DNA of 64,000 nucleotides from Macrostomum lignano (Eukaryota), in assembly GCA_002269645.1 (NCBI GenBank), contig NIVC01001395.1, positions 186,001-250,000 of the forward strand, read 5' to 3'. Position 1 is the stretch's first letter, and the number at the start of each line of letters is the position of its first letter. This document shows, piece by piece, positions 18,288 through 30,970 of the stretch. Made by a program: the position numbers and the translations under genes. The notes beneath the pieces were generated by a model, which had not been told where the DNA came from, searched no databases, and saw only the letters and a program-made list of their open reading frames with translations.

Positions 18288-19293
18288 GTGTAATTGATTT
18301 TTTGAGAACCGTCTGGGCGAGAAATGAAGCCGATATGTATCGAAAAATACAAAACTGCATGAATAAAGCCGATATGTATGGGCAAATCTAAAACTAAAGA
18401 AATAAAGCCGATATGTATCGACAAATCTAAAACTAGAGGAATAAAGTCGATATGTATCAAAAAATACAAAACTAGAGGAATAAAGCCGATATGTATCGAA
18501 AAATACAAAACTGCCTAAGGTGATACGCGTTATAGAAAAAATACACCGAAAAACCCATGATGAAATATTCGAGTTGTAAGAGCTACATGTAGGTTAAATA
18601 TTATGAATTTGAATGCCCCCATGGGGGGTTTAGTATGCTAGTAAAGTTTGTGTGTAAAGTGTAAAGTTTGTGTGTGGTTTGTGTGTAAACCATTGAAAAT
18701 ATTGAGGGATCGTGATATGGTATGCAAAGTCGAAACCAGTGTCAGAACTGTACTGAATGCATACGGCGAAAGCTTACAGGCTGTCTTCAGAAACGAAAAA
18801 ACTACAAATAAAGCATTCAAAGACTCACATAATGCTGGGTGTTGGCCGGATAAGCGGTGCCAAATATTGTGACTTCGCGTTCAAATGTGAACGCAACGCC
18901 GGAATCTTCATGAGGAATCGATTTTCCAAGAGGTTGCAGAAGTGTCGGCGACCCGTCTGGTGTGTTAAAAATGAATTATTAATTAAGAAATTATTTCTAA
19001 AATTGATTTTTTTAAACTTTTAAATGTTCAACATGTTTTTCGGTAGATGGAGAAATACGCTAGACAACTTTCATGTCGTATCAACAACACTGCATATTAG
19101 TGTAGTATAATCATTTGAAAATAAGTCATGCAGCATAAACTATCGAAAAATTATCGAAATTAAAGTGTCAAACATCTGAAGACTTGCAATTCGAAAGTGT
19201 CAATTTTGTAGACAATTAAAATAACTTACGACAATTGGCCACTAGTGCAAATATTAGCACTGCTGCCACCAGTCCAATGCCTGAATTCGGCAT
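8286..19293 (-). CDS. Mesh/SUSD2-like type I membrane protein (signal-NIDO-AMOP-VWD-Sushi-TM-cytoplasmic tail), ~1173 aa, 15 exons
   Basis: complement(join(19230..19293,18829..18956,17904..18182,15963..16067,15127..15586,14974..15059,14788..14877,14540..14685,13716..14003,12936..13458,11634..12294,10901..11107,10549..10681,9089..9330,8286..8395)) = 3522 nt, frame-consistent. Signal MPNSGIGLVAAVLIFALVANCHG. NIDO motifs (IFGTAY..NGRITF; ENTVQAVVVFD..YVLYNY; GRYVYRID). AMOP (CCYD..SHWYWD..YCCRW..C..Y..RP). VWD (GDPHLTSFNGRPYLFNGIGEY). Sushi Cys pattern. TM VGLIVGITVPLALLLIIGVIVIIFLVM followed by RRK. Confidence 0.9.
9114..9161 (-). repeat. (CAG)16 encoding polyQ in the cytoplasmic tail of the Mesh-like protein
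   Basis: 48 nt of ctg repeats on the + strand inside exon 9089..9330. Confidence 0.9.
9400..9862 (+). mobile_element. Dispersed element carrying an internal ~17-bp CCATTTTAACCCACCA array (copy A)
   Basis: Unique flanks (ccaacccctttgcctgcctccaattttaac; gttgaaacccacgacccccagt) recur in reverse complement at 14123..14280. Confidence 0.6.
11135..11440 (-). repeat. G-rich GGGGTGGTGGGTTAAA array; reverse complement of the 9420..9780 array
   Basis: Same unit on the opposite strand, in intron 11108..11633. Confidence 0.85.
12502..12768 (-). mobile_element. tRNA-derived SINE (CORE-like central domain), copy 1
   Basis: Homologous to 17562..17842 and 55975..56192. On the minus strand: A-box-like TAGCCTA, B-box GTTCGATTC, body GCAAGACACTTAAC...CAGCTGTAAAATG. 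Confidence 0.8.
14123..14280 (-). mobile_element. Copy B of the TTAACCC-array dispersed element (short array)
   Basis: Reverse complement of both unique flanks of 9400..9862 with fewer internal units. Confidence 0.6.
16237..17561. mobile_element. Foldback/Mutator-like non-autonomous element with tandem-repeat-built TIRs and 9-bp TSD
   Basis: Termini GGGTGCACGACAATTGACTGCC.../...GGCAGTCAATTGTCGTAGACCC. Inverted arrays of a ~15-bp unit at 16237..16378 and 17340..17561. Flanking direct repeat GCCCGCCCC (16228..16236) / GCCTGCCCC (17562..17570). Interior has an AG-rich tract at 16410..16990. Confidence 0.8.
17562..17842 (-). mobile_element. tRNA-derived SINE, copy 2 (3' tail interrupted by the foldback element)
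   Basis: Clear homology to copies 1 and 3; tail sequence taataattgatt continues at ~16210..16236 beyond the insertion. Confidence 0.82.
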
Positions 19294-20736
19294 AGTTACA
19301 CAGCGCAGTATTTCCCCTGTCGCAACAAAAACAAAATACAATGCTTCTGTCTTGCTTGAATTTTACCAAAGCAGCAACTGTCTCCCTTGGTGGTGTTTAC
19401 CAAGTTTTTCCGGCAGGCTAATATATAAACCCACCTGTGTGTTTGGTCTATAGGGAGGAGTTTCTGGGCTAAGATAAGAGACCTACGCCTCAACGCTGAG
19501 TCACTGCAATCTTGACTGCGACTTCAGCTAGCTTTTCGGCATTTGCTTCTGGAGAAGACGGCCGAGTTTGTGCGCCGTTCATGGGGGCGATTGTGCACAA
19601 AATTTTTTGCGAGATAAACCTCGGTGAAGCAGATTGTGAGGCCGCTAAAAATGAGTGCATATCGATCGAACGCATAGCCGCTTATCTACTAATTTTGCAC
19701 CCCCCATCGCAAGCAGAGGTTGGTATATTGCTTGATCTACTAGGCTGCTACAATGACAGGCTTTGCAGAAAATGTGCGCGCGCACACACAAGATTTACAT
19801 GGAATCAGAGCCAGCCGCTGAAGTAATTCAGGGGGGGGGGGAAGCGTTACTACTTCAATCGATAAGTGCTGTCTTAGACTAGATCTTAAAAGCTATTGGC
19901 ATGCAACTAAACGAAGCTTTTGTAGCAGAAACGTTGGTCGGAAATATTTTGAGACAGTAATTCGTTTAGACTTCTGCTTCACACATGCAAACACCTGTCT
20001 GATTTGACACCACTTTTTAATATTCTTTGAAGGGCAGTGATACTCATTCTTACCGATTGGTCAACAAAGATGCCTTTTACGCTACTGACAGTATGGCATG
20101 CAATAGAATGTTTTAGCTGGACCCAATTAACGGCAAATAGTATAATTACCCATGAGAGTGCAATTCGGTTTTTAACAGGGCCGCAGCGAAGTTAAATTCG
20201 GTCAACAAAGCCAAAAAAACAGTTGTACATCAAGCGAGCTGATCAAGTGGATGTCGACATCCGGAATATATTTTCATCGAATTAATGCTACGGTTGCACG
20301 CAACAGCCAGTACTCTCTATTATTTTAGGACGTTGTAAATATGCCAAAAGTTTTGTTAGAGAGGCTATGGCTGTGGTACTCGTATAAAAAGCGAGTAGAC
20401 CAATCGTATAACAGACTCATTAATATCTACACTATAAGAGCGGCTGAATTGCTAAATTAATTAGCCAACAGTTAAACTTAGTGGGGTAGGGTATAGCTGA
20501 GTGCAGATATATACAGACTCTCTTTAAACCACAACTGGGTAACCATGACTCAACTGAGCAGCCAAAGCCAGCGAATTAATCATTAAGCCCCTCCTTCAGT
20601 CCTGGGTTGGGCATCATCAATTTATGCTCAGTCAACTACAGAGATAGCTAAAAGCCAACTGTGTTTATTCAACAGTTATCCTACAGTATATGGCAATAAT
20701 ACAGTTTGCGCTATAATCACCAAGTAAAATAAAGCC

Positions 20737-23239
20737 ATGGAGGAAGACAATAGCATTGCACTAGACAAACTGCCTGAGTCAAATAACGTAGTTGAAGCCA
20801 ATCAAACGAATCAACACGAAGAGCCACCACCAGCGCATCAGCCTGAAACAGTTGACGATCCGTCAGCCGAACCGTCCGTCAGACGGCTCTGCCTCGATTG
20901 CCTTCGCAAGAGTTCCATACGGGGTTTACCGCGAATTTTATCCAGCAAAACTGCTCACTTAAAACTGCTCTGGTCGTTTGCTGTGTTTATTTTCCTCACG
21001 GGCATGCTTTACAATCTGGCCATGCTGACAATTGCTTATCGTCGCGGCGACATTGTGATCACGGAGCGACCGCAGAGACCGAGGCCGGAGTTTCCCAGCA
21101 TCACGGTGTGCGACGCCAGCTCGCTGCCGCTGACAGCCATTGAGGGTCTGTCGCTATCGCCTACCGAATATCGGGCCGGAGTTCTTCGCTCGGCCAAGCT
21201 GCTCTTTAACTCATCGACTAGCCAGGGAGACAGCGACAGAGAGAGAATGCTGCTCAGGGAGCTGCTTAATCCGACAACGTACGTTGACTTCATGTACCAG
21301 GAGCTGGTGAACTATACTATGCTAGAAGCCAACGATTCCATAGTGCTTAGCGAGAGTTGCCACGCTCACGCTGAGTTTGATGGCGAACACGTGATTAAAA
21401 AATGCGTCAGCGTACGCAAAATTATTGTACCCGGCTATCTTTCCTGTGCAACCATTCATCCGGGCCTGCCAGCGGAGAAGATCACCAAGGTGTCATTTCA
21501 TGTTCTGCTTGATACAGAAGAGAGTCTACTGGAATGCAGGCACTGCATCCCCGAGCATACTGAGACTCTGCGCACGGGAACAATAGTCTTTGTTCATGAG
21601 CACGGTATTTATCCTGTATCTGTGGACGCCGGTCTGTACGTTACGCCTGGCATGCAAGACTTCGTGCTATTGAAATCCAGGAAGACAGTTCTTGCAAGCG
21701 GCTGCTCTGAGTCGCCTCCTTCGCAGCATAGATTTAAATTCTACGATGAGGAGATCAGCTCGAAATACGATCATCAACTTTGCATGCTATTGGCTAGAAA
21801 CGACCTGATTCGCAAAATTTGTCACTGCTCTGTCACGGCCTACCCGAACTCGGTGATTAACGAATTCGAAGCCAATAATTCGTCGCACAGATCGGCAGAG
21901 CTGCCTCCGTGTTCGTCTACGGTTCTGAGCAATGCCAGTGACAGTTTTGATGGTGTGGAATGCATCATGAAGGTAAGGCATATAGAAGATAAAACATTGC
22001 CTATAAGACACTGTCGGGATTAAGTTCGAGTCGTTCCTTACCGAGGGGTCTTTCTCGAAAGACACTTACGTCGGACCATAGACGTAAAATGAAGAAGCCG
22101 GACTAATGGCTTGCTCAAAAGGCTCGCAATTGTGGACGGCACTGTATCTTGGTGGCGCCCCTGTCTCTTGGTGGCGCCCCTGTCTCTTGGTGTGCGTCCC
22201 TGTCTCTTGGTGGGCGTCCCTGTCTCTTGTTGGGCGCCCCTGTCCCTTGGTGTGTGTCCCTGTGTCTTGTTGGGCTCCCAGGTCTCTTGGTGTCTCCCGT
22301 CTCTTGGTGGACTCCACTGTCTCTTGGTGGACGCCCCCGTCTCTTGGTGGACGCCCCCGTCTCTTGGTGGACGCCCCTGTCTCTGTCTCTTGTCCCTGTC
22401 TCTTGGTGGGCTCCACTGTCTCTTGGTGGGTTCCACTGTCTCTTGGCGGGCGCCGCTGTCTCTTGGTTGGTGCCTCTACCCCATCTCTTAGGCCGGTGGA
22501 TGCCGCGCGTCGTAACAGCTGGCAAAAGTTGAGCTCCTGTCATTCGTCGAGCTTGGTTACCTCTTTATTGAGTTTTTGGAGGCGCGCAATGTTGTGGGAA
22601 CCAGAGAGCATTTATTTGATTTCGCATCTGACTTCATCAAAACTGCCACATCATCAATCTGCCCATCATTTTAAATTCCAGGTTGATAAGCTACTACGGC
22701 TGGGCGACGGAGGCCTCATATCCTCAACAGAGGAGGGCAATATCTATCAATCCGAGCTGGACAGGCGCTGCCCCAAACCATGCCGTTATCTTGAGTTCAC
22801 CACGGCTAGAAGCGCCTCACGCGGAGTGACGAAGAACACCGCCCTGGAGATCTATCAGAGCATAATAGCCAATACATCCGCTCAAGTTCGTGTTCGGCAT
22901 CATTTGGAACCGTACGAGAGAGCGTTAAAACTTAAATCTCAAAATCGCCTGACAGAAGCTCGCCAGCTGATCAAAGAAACCGACTACTTGGAAAAGAATT
23001 TTCTAACAATCATCGTCTGGTTTCCGGACAAGATGTCAAACAAGGCGGTGCATCAATACGTCATTGGATTGGCCAGCTACATTAGTCAAGTTGGCGGCCT
23101 GCTGTCACTATTTAGCGGCATAACCGTCATGTGCGTGGCCGAATTGCTCGAACTGATTGTTAACTTGGTCTGCAGTCTACGGTGCAAGAGGAATCGAAAA
23201 CGACAACAAGATCAATATAATGTCAGGGACTTTTCCTAG
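20737..23239 (+). CDS. DEG/ENaC (amiloride-sensitive sodium channel family) subunit, ~597 aa, 2 exons
   Basis: join(20737..21972,22682..23239), AAG|GTAAGG...TTCCAG|GTT, phase 0. Pre-TM1 SSIRGLPRI, TM1, FPSITVC signature, Cys-rich thumb (CH-CS, CPKPC), TM2 YISQVGGLLSLFSGITVMCVAEL. Confidence 0.88.
22146..22470. repeat. ~20-bp minisatellite (TGTCTCTTGGTGGGCGCCCC) in the ENaC intron
   Basis: Seen directly; source of several spurious ORFs. Confidence 0.93.
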
Positions 23240-23289
23240 AACTGGATGTGAATTAATAACTTTTTAATAGATGCACATTTTAACACGGG

Positions 23290-23660
23290 TCAAGAGCCAT
23301 AGGCAGGGATGAGTGTACAATTAGGAAATGGTTAAGTGCCATAGACAGGGATGAGTGTACACTTAGGGAAGGGGTTAAGAGCTATAGACATACATGTAGA
23401 TAAGTGTACACTTAGTAAGGGGTCAAGAACCATAGACAGGGATGAGTGTACACTTAGGGAAGGGGTCAAGAGCCATAGACAGGGATGAGTGTACACTTAG
23501 GGAAGGGGTCAAGAGCGATAGACAGGGATGAGTGTACACTTAGGGAAGGGGTCAAGAGCCATAGACAGGGATGAGTGTACACTTAGGGAAGGGGTTAAGA
23601 GCTATAGACATACATGTAGATAAGTGTACACTAAGGAAGGGGTCAAGAGCCATAGACATA
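23290..23660. repeat. 43-bp minisatellite 3' of ENaC (CATAGACAGGGATGAGTGTACACTTAGGGAAGGGGTCAAGAGC)
   Basis: Units at 23431 and 23474 (period 43). Confidence 0.92.
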
Positions 23661-24439
23661 GAATCTAATTATCTCTACGTAATCAAATATACGGCTCGTA
23701 CAAAAGTAAAAAAAACCGCAAAAACTGATTCACTTTCTTTTTTACGGTATTTACTTTAATAGGAAACAGAAATTTTGATTAAATTACAATGAAATTATTT
23801 AATCAGTGCAATTTATTTTCATATTTTAATTTGACTCTAGCCACAGCTCATCAAATTACATGCGAAAAATTATTTAGTCACGATTACCGAGATTTTTGTA
23901 AAAAAATGAATAATAAAACCGTACAAATTAAACCGTTAAAACTGATACATATCCATGCACGAGAAACTACATTTCACCCCAAATGAACGTAAGTGAATTT
24001 AATTTATGGCACAAGAGGAATTAAGTTTCAAGGTTTAGTTCATCCAGTTTATAGCAGTACGAAGTGCTCACTCATGTAATTAAGTTATAAATAAAACAAA
24101 AATCCAGCTGCAAAAAAATGAACACAAATATTCGGAAACCTATCCTCGATAAATGAGCAGATAAAAAAATCGACGAAAAAACTCTCTAATTAGACTACTT
24201 ACGTAAGTAGAAATATAAGAACATAGGTTCTTAAGTAGCAAATGTCAAGTTAAACAAAATCGGGCGGGAAAATACATTTCTTAGAAAAGCCGATTTTAAG
24301 CCTAATCTTCCTATTTGGAGGATCAAATGTTAAGTTTTAATTGGTAAAATAAATGTTAATTAATCTTTTTCACAAAGGCCTCACAAACATTTTCTAAGAA
24401 AGGAACCTAGCCGTCCTTCTGCTAAAAGTCGTGGTTGAA

Positions 24440-26209
24440 CTACACCCGAACAAAATATCCGCGAACAAAGGGCACGCCTGACCAGGTGGTCCTCTGATAA
24501 TCCAGATAGGCCTGATTAAAAAAATTAATCAACAGACGCTCCTCCTCGTTGATTCGCTCGCGAAAAAAACGCCAGCTGGCCAGCGTGTACCCAACAATGG
24601 ATACTGGGTTGCATAGCAACAACTGGGTGCCGATGGCCCACGCGAACCAGCCAGTGTAGGCCGGGTGTCGAACCCAGGAGTACACTCCGCTAGTGACCAG
24701 CACGTGATCTGTGCGTTTCTTGTGCTCAACAACGTGATTAAAATTTCTGCCAGCCGTGATCATTGCTAGTTTGCGAAACAGCTCGCCAGCTGTGCACATT
24801 GCAAGGCCGGTTGCTATGGGCAACGAGTAGGACTGCGGGTAGGGTAATTCAGTTTAGCTGGTGTTGATACAATAGTACTAATATTAGTATACTATATGCT
24901 GTATTATACGACACTATACTATAGCATCCGGGGTGCAGACAGTGTTTGATTGGGTTCGGGGCTTTGGGAGCTTCAGCACCAAGGGGCCTTAGCAACAAGG
25001 GGCTTTAGCACCAAGGGGCTTTAGCGCCAAGGGGCTTTAGCACCAAGGGGCTTCAGCACCAATAGACTTTAGCACTCAAGGGGCTTTAGCACCAAGGGGC
25101 TTCAGCACCAAGAGGCTTTAGCACCAAAGGGGCTTTAGCACCAAGGGGCTTCAGCACCAAGAGGCTTTAGCACCAAAGGGGCTTTAGCACCAAGGGGCTT
25201 CAGCACCAAGAGGCTTTAGCACCAAAGGGGCTTTAGCACCAAGGGGCTTTAGCACCAAGGGGCTTTAGCACCAAGGGGCTTTAGCACCAAGGGGCTTTAG
25301 CACCAAGGGGCTTTAGCACCAAGGGGCTTCAGCACCAAAGGGGCTTTTGCACCAAGGGGCTTTAGCACCAAGGGGCTTTAGCACCAAGGGGCTTTAGTAC
25401 CAAGGGGCTTTAGTACCAATGGGCTTTAGCATCAGGGGCTTTAGCACCAAGGGGCTTTAGCATCAGGGGCTTTAGCACCAAGGGGCTTTAGCACCGCTAA
25501 ACCCTACTAACCCTTCAGATGGATCTGTCAACACCCTACTAAACTTCAGATATAGTTACAACAGCCAAGTAACCTTCAGTTCAGATAGAAATACACAGCA
25601 CACTCAAATAAAGATCTTGTTAAAAACTGTTTTTTTTTCAAATGCCTAAGCAATACACAAAAATAAATCAGTTATAAAAATTCGCACCTTTAACCAGGGC
25701 ACCAGCAGGGCTTCCAACCAGAACTCTGCCCAACTAATTAGAGCAGCCAGGTGGTACTCTGGACTGTGATCCAGCATGTAGGAGCTCAGTCGCAATGTAG
25801 CAGGATTAGTAACAGCGGTCACCCAGTACTCGGACCAGTGGAAGAAGCTCAGATAGCAGATGTACACGCCGAATGTCCAATAGTCGCGAGAGTAGACAGC
25901 CAGCAAAGTGCCGCTAGAGAAGGCCCAGCCTAAGAACAAAGCTCGTTTAGCATTTTCCCAATAATTGGGATACGAACTCACTGGCAGGACTATCCAACGG
26001 CATAGAGCGGCGAATAGGCCAGCGGAGAGGCATCCACATAGCAACTGTTGCCATGGAAACGAGTTCGAATAGTTATTGGAGGTCAATATCGAACAGGCTA
26101 GCACGGTAGGCAATAGAGTCATCCCGACTCCAACAAGATAACCGTGTAGCGAAACTCGAGCATCTGTACTGCGTTTCAAATATGCTTCACCCAGTGATTG
26201 AAGTACCAT
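24440..26209 (-). CDS. ICMT: Isoprenylcysteine carboxyl methyltransferase, ~304 aa, 2 exons
   Basis: complement(join(25688..26209,24440..24832)), phase 0. Motifs FFHWSEY..TA..NP..L..YMLDHSPEY; RKLAMITAGRNFNH; LVTSGVYSWVRHPAYTGWF.WAIGTQLLLCNP; RI.EEE..L..FF..Y..Y. Confidence 0.95.
24975..25495. repeat. 16-17-bp minisatellite (AGCACCAAGGGGCTTT) in the ICMT intron
   Basis: About 30 units seen directly. Confidence 0.96.
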
Positions 26210-28964
26210 TGTTTGTTTTTTTGCTTTCAGATGGGTAATTGCGTAGTAGCAGATTACTGGAATATCAGGTAGATTTAAATTTTAAATTTGTCTTAAGATT
26301 AAAATGTCTCCAATGGAGGTCTTTTTTATTTGAAGCGATTTTGAAAGTTTCTTGTGTGCTTGTGTTACTAATGGCTTACAAAAATTCAACTTAACTGAGT
26401 GATTAACTTTGGCTACACAGCTTGCTAAAGTACATAGTGTACTCTGACCAAAAAACGGACAATAATCATTTAATATCTCGATCGGTGGCTCAAAAGGCTT
26501 CAAAAGTGCGTTGAGGTTAATTAAAAGTTTGTTGAGAAAAATCATTACACCTGAATTGGTTGTTGACATGATTCTTGTTACTATGATTTAGGAGCAAGAT
26601 TTTGAGCTAACCGCTGGGTGCCTCATCACCTATTTAACATCCCTTTATTACAGGGGTCCGCGGGCCTCATGCGGCCCATGAAGACTCTCTATCCGGCCCT
26701 CGGGTTCTTTGAAACTTCTCAATAGCAATCCAGCCTGCTTAAGGTTAGTGTCTCTTTTCAGCTTTTTTCTCAGTTCTCTCCTCTCTCCTCACCCCTCTTT
26801 TCTTCTCCACTCTTATCTCCTGTTATCTTTTCTCGCATCGCTTTCCTCTTCTCTCTCTCCTCTATTCCGCTCTCCTTGGTTTGACAAGACGAGGAAGTGC
26901 ATCGATGTAGCTGGCTGGAGTCTGGAGAGTACTTCAATAAGTGCTAACATTTGTTGCGAATAAGTTCACTCATATCAGTTTAGTTTTTTAACTAGACCAA
27001 GCTTCCTTCTTTGCCTATCTTGCCAAGCTATTTCTTGGAACCGAATTGGTCCGCATTTTGGGAGTGCCACTTCTAAATGTCTCCAGTGTTCCCTTGGCAG
27101 CTTGGCTACCGAGGGTTGACACAAGCAGAGCTACTAGATCCTATTGTCCTGAAAGAGAACAAACAGGCCAGCTGATTCTAGCTGGCTTGCAATGACTCAC
27201 GTTTTAAGAATGAACCGCCTGCCCTCCCCCCCATCGGTGAATAAATTCAGTAAGTAATATAGTTAACGAAGTTTTTTCACAATTATACCATAGCAATTGC
27301 TATGGTATAATTATTGCAATATAACACTTGCAATACATACCCTTACAATACCCCATTAAACCTAGGGAAGAAAAGACGCTTATAGCAAAACTATCTAACC
27401 ATATAGGAACGAGTTTGTTGTGAAAAAAAGTTTAGCAAGAGAGGCTCTTGCTTAGTAAATTGTTTAATGCTTTCAACACATTATGCTCTCTGCAAACTTG
27501 CCTTAATTAATAAACATATAGATCAATGCTGATCGTTTATCTTTAAGCTAGCACAACTGTATTCCACTGTGACTGTTGGTCTATGCATTCAATGGGACCC
27601 ATTTTTTTACTCAGTCCCCTTTTAATAGTCTTTGCTGCATGAACTTTTGATAGTCTTGTTGAACTTTTGACAGTTTTTAATAAATTATTAAATAGATTAT
27701 TATTGGCAAACATTTCGATCTTACAATTGTTTTCTGTTGTTTTGTCTGTGGCAAAGTCCATCTGACTCTCATAGTCTCATGCCACAAGCCCAGATATGAT
27801 TTTATGCATGGCTGCATTCATTTGAAAATTATGTACAAAAATGGCTAGGGGAAAAGGGCCAACTGCTAAGGCACAGAGAGTGTACATTCCTGATGATTAG
27901 AAAGTCAGGGCTACTATATATACCCTTGTGAATGTGTGCATGGTGTCTGAGTATAGCAATGGCAGACTTGTATGTACACAGAAGTAAGCAGAATCATAGG
28001 CAGAATTGCCTTAGCATTTACTTGTATTATAATATAAGACAATGTTGCCAAAGGCATTTCCTTTAACTTTTCTTCAAATATAAGGTTAACATTAGAGTTA
28101 GGCTATATATAGACTATCTCCTAGCATTCTGACTAGAAATATTCCAACCAATGACTCTGTTAAAAATGGCCATTAATTTTTTGTAGCAATGATTTAAAGC
28201 ACAATTTGTATCTGATTGCCACAATTTGACTTTTGAAATATTATTAACATTAACATACCTTAGTGCATTCAAAAAGTTCTTAGACACCCCTCATATCTCT
28301 GCATCTGTTTGACCGATTTTGATGAGAATTCATACAAACATGGGTCTATATTTGATTAATTCAGTGCTAGAGTTTCAGCTTGGTCGTATAGACAGAACGA
28401 AAGCAATCGATCATTTACTGACGAACCTACGAAATTAGCAATACGATTTTGAACAGCATCGAATCTGGACCTCACTCTAAACTGGGGGGGGGGGGGGTTG
28501 TGAAATCGCAGCTTGTTTTTAGAGGAATAAAAGCTTTCGGTGAGTATTGATTAATCAGTACTTTCAAGCTGCGAGGGTTTAGCCATAGACAAAAAAGATA
28601 GAACAAAGCAGTAGGCAGCATTAGACTGAGTGCCAAGGACAACTTAATAACTCAGGACCGGAAACGAGCCAATTCATGGCGAAAAAAGTATGAGGCTCGT
28701 TTAAAAGCATTGTTCTATGGCCCATCCGTATGCGCATGCTTTCAGTTGCCAATGTATACTCGTATCATATTTGGCTTTTTGATAGGCAGTCAGAAGGCGG
28801 GTGCAGGGTCGGTTTCTTAAATGTTGAATAGTTTTATTACATAAAGTAACCGTCGTGAAACTGCACAATGGGAAAGCTGTACATGCAGCACATATATAAG
28901 GAAACTCGAGAAAAATTTACGATTCTTTCTTCATCTGAACTACAAACAGAGAGGAAAGTAACAG

Positions 28965-30709
28965 TCACAGAACGGGACAAGAGCTGACCATGATAAATAG
29001 GCCTCCATGTTGATTGACGAGTTGAATGCACTTTCGAAGCTGATGGTACAAAAAGTCGGCGGAAAAAAGAAAAATCGGTATCAGCCTTAGAACAAATGGC
29101 TTACCGCCGAACAATGGCTTCAACATTATTGCGAGCACTGTTCGAGCAGTTTTGTTATGATTGTCTGACGCTTGGCCGAGCAGATGTTGGCACCGATAGC
29201 GAATCGATGGCTGGACATACATTTCATCGAAAATCAACACACAAGACTTCTGCTGCGGTTTCAGTTTGGAAAATGTGACCTTTACGATCTCGTGTGCATC
29301 ATTTTCAGTGCCAATCTCTCCTAGACCAGCCAACTGAGTGCGTAATGTGCGTTGGTGGGGCAAAGGAAGGAGCGTCTGTGCATGCGCGTATGCAGAACTG
29401 CTAATCAGGTAAAGCAAAGCAGATTGGCGCATAGTGGCAATGTCGTATCGTCGATTGTTTGGGTGCGTTGTGCCGAACTCGAGTAGCTTCAGGATGAATG
29501 TAACCGATGTGTCCGGTACAACTCCATCGAGGTTAAAGGCAATAGAAAGGTTCTTAGATAATGCCCTCACCTCACTTTCGACGTCCACTGTAGAGTTTTT
29601 ACAACGATTTATGATAGCTTCAAGTTGCGACCAATACTTTAATGTTGGTTGAAATCCAAGCAGATCTCGAACCGCAACTGGTGAGTGTAACCGAAAGCAT
29701 CGCACGGAATAGTTTGGTGAAACGAAAACCCGCAGAACCATTTCGCATTGGCGCTTAACGAGAAGATGCCGAATATTTTCTGAATATTTTACCTCCTCTT
29801 GAACAATGGTAACAATAAGCTGATGTGCTTTGATGACGTTTGAACAGTGAATGGATGCTCGGAATTCAGTCCACGATGGCAGCGTGTCACGCTCTCGAAA
29901 TTCTACTAGTTCATCTTGGAAAAGGCATCGTTCGGACAGCAGCACGCCCCTTCCCTCAGCATGTCGACTGGCACGCACTGCAATATCCAAGCACGCACCT
30001 TAGTGTTTCGTTTCGACCCTATTTGATGGAGTGCAAATATTTGAGCAGTAGAACTTCACAAACCTTGTGTTTGAACGAGGCAGGACTGCGGGACTCCGTC
30101 GAAAACTGATGGTGGATGTAGCAGCCTTTCATGTATCCCCCTTTTGCCCCGGGCGAGTGTCTATGTGACGCATGTTTTCATTTATTTCCCTAGGTGAATA
30201 AATCATTTATTTCCCGCTGCCCCGCGGGCTGATAAATTCGAGACAACAACCATAGACAACGAACGGGGGATACATATCATATTCCCCACTCATTCAGCTG
30301 TCTAGGGCCAAAAGCAAGAGGTGTCTCGATCATTGACCTCGGCTTCGCCTCGGTCAATAAACGAGACACCTCTTGCCCTTGCCCGCTAGACAACAAAATA
30401 AATGGGGAACATATACCATTCTTCCTTTTTTATCATTGGTGCATCTTGAGGCCAGTGCTTAGCACACACGCCCATGTAGTCTGTCACGGTCTAAACAACA
30501 ACAGAATTGTTAATGAATTCATGTGGCCAGGGTAAATCTGATTCACAAAGCACATTTGAAGAAAGTCTTACCGTCAGTTGATTAGGCAGAGACAGTCGCC
30601 AAGCCTCTCGTTCAGTTGCATCTTTAGGAAATGAAAATACTGCAACATTCCGATCACGGTTACTATTGTAGTTTGCACAACAGAAAATGATGCTGCATTT
30701 TCTCGGCAT
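28965..30709 (-). pseudogene. P-element/THAP9-like transposase pseudogene
   Basis: THAP start at 30709 MPRKCSIIFC..VFSFPKD..EREAW, then CAKHWP and LHPPSVFDGVPQSC fragments in shifted frames. ORF 28965..29990 has LPLPHQRTL and CVLIFDEMYVQPSIRY..ARTVLAIMLKPLFGG; it breaks off before the later catalytic residues. Confidence 0.8.
30279..30413. mobile_element. Palindromic MITE-like hairpin inside the P element
   Basis: Perfect 15-bp arms GCAAGAGGTGTCTCG (30314..30328) / CGAGACACCTCTTGC (30362..30376), inner ATTGACC/GGTCAAT, and outer imperfect arms TTCCCCA/TGGGGAA. Confidence 0.6.
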
Positions 30710-30970
30710 GATATTTAGTTTCAGCAAGAATAAAAGTTCTCTCTCTCAATTGCAAGTGCATGCGAAGAACTCAATTTTCAGCTCAGATTTCTTCGCTTTC
30801 GTAGCATACGGATGGGCCATAGAACAATGCTTTTAAACGAGCCTCATACTTTTTTCGCCATGAATTGGCTCGTTTCCGGTCCTGAGATATCAAGTTGTCC
30901 TTGCTGAGTGCGCAGAATGAACGTCAGATTGAAATGCTGAGATGCAGAACCAACCTCAGATGGTTTAAGA

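Larger units (their letters stand above)
28634..30903 (-). mobile_element. THAP/P-element-superfamily transposon, internally deleted and decayed, nested in the mariner
   Basis: 100-bp TIRs at 28634..28733 and 30804..30903 (CAAGGACAACTT..., 98/100 identical). Perfect 8-bp TSD CTGAGTGC at 28626..28633 and 30904..30911. Encodes THAP and P-transposase fragments. Confidence 0.92.

Noticed and set aside
22038-22543. Overlapping ORFs on both strands, including the first ~190 aa of ORF 22106..23239
   Set aside because: 20-bp repeat within the ENaC intron; true coding resumes at 22682
27540-28150. Possible decayed transposase or gene remnant
   Set aside because: Only short ORFs with no motif I can recognise; needs a TBLASTN/HMM search
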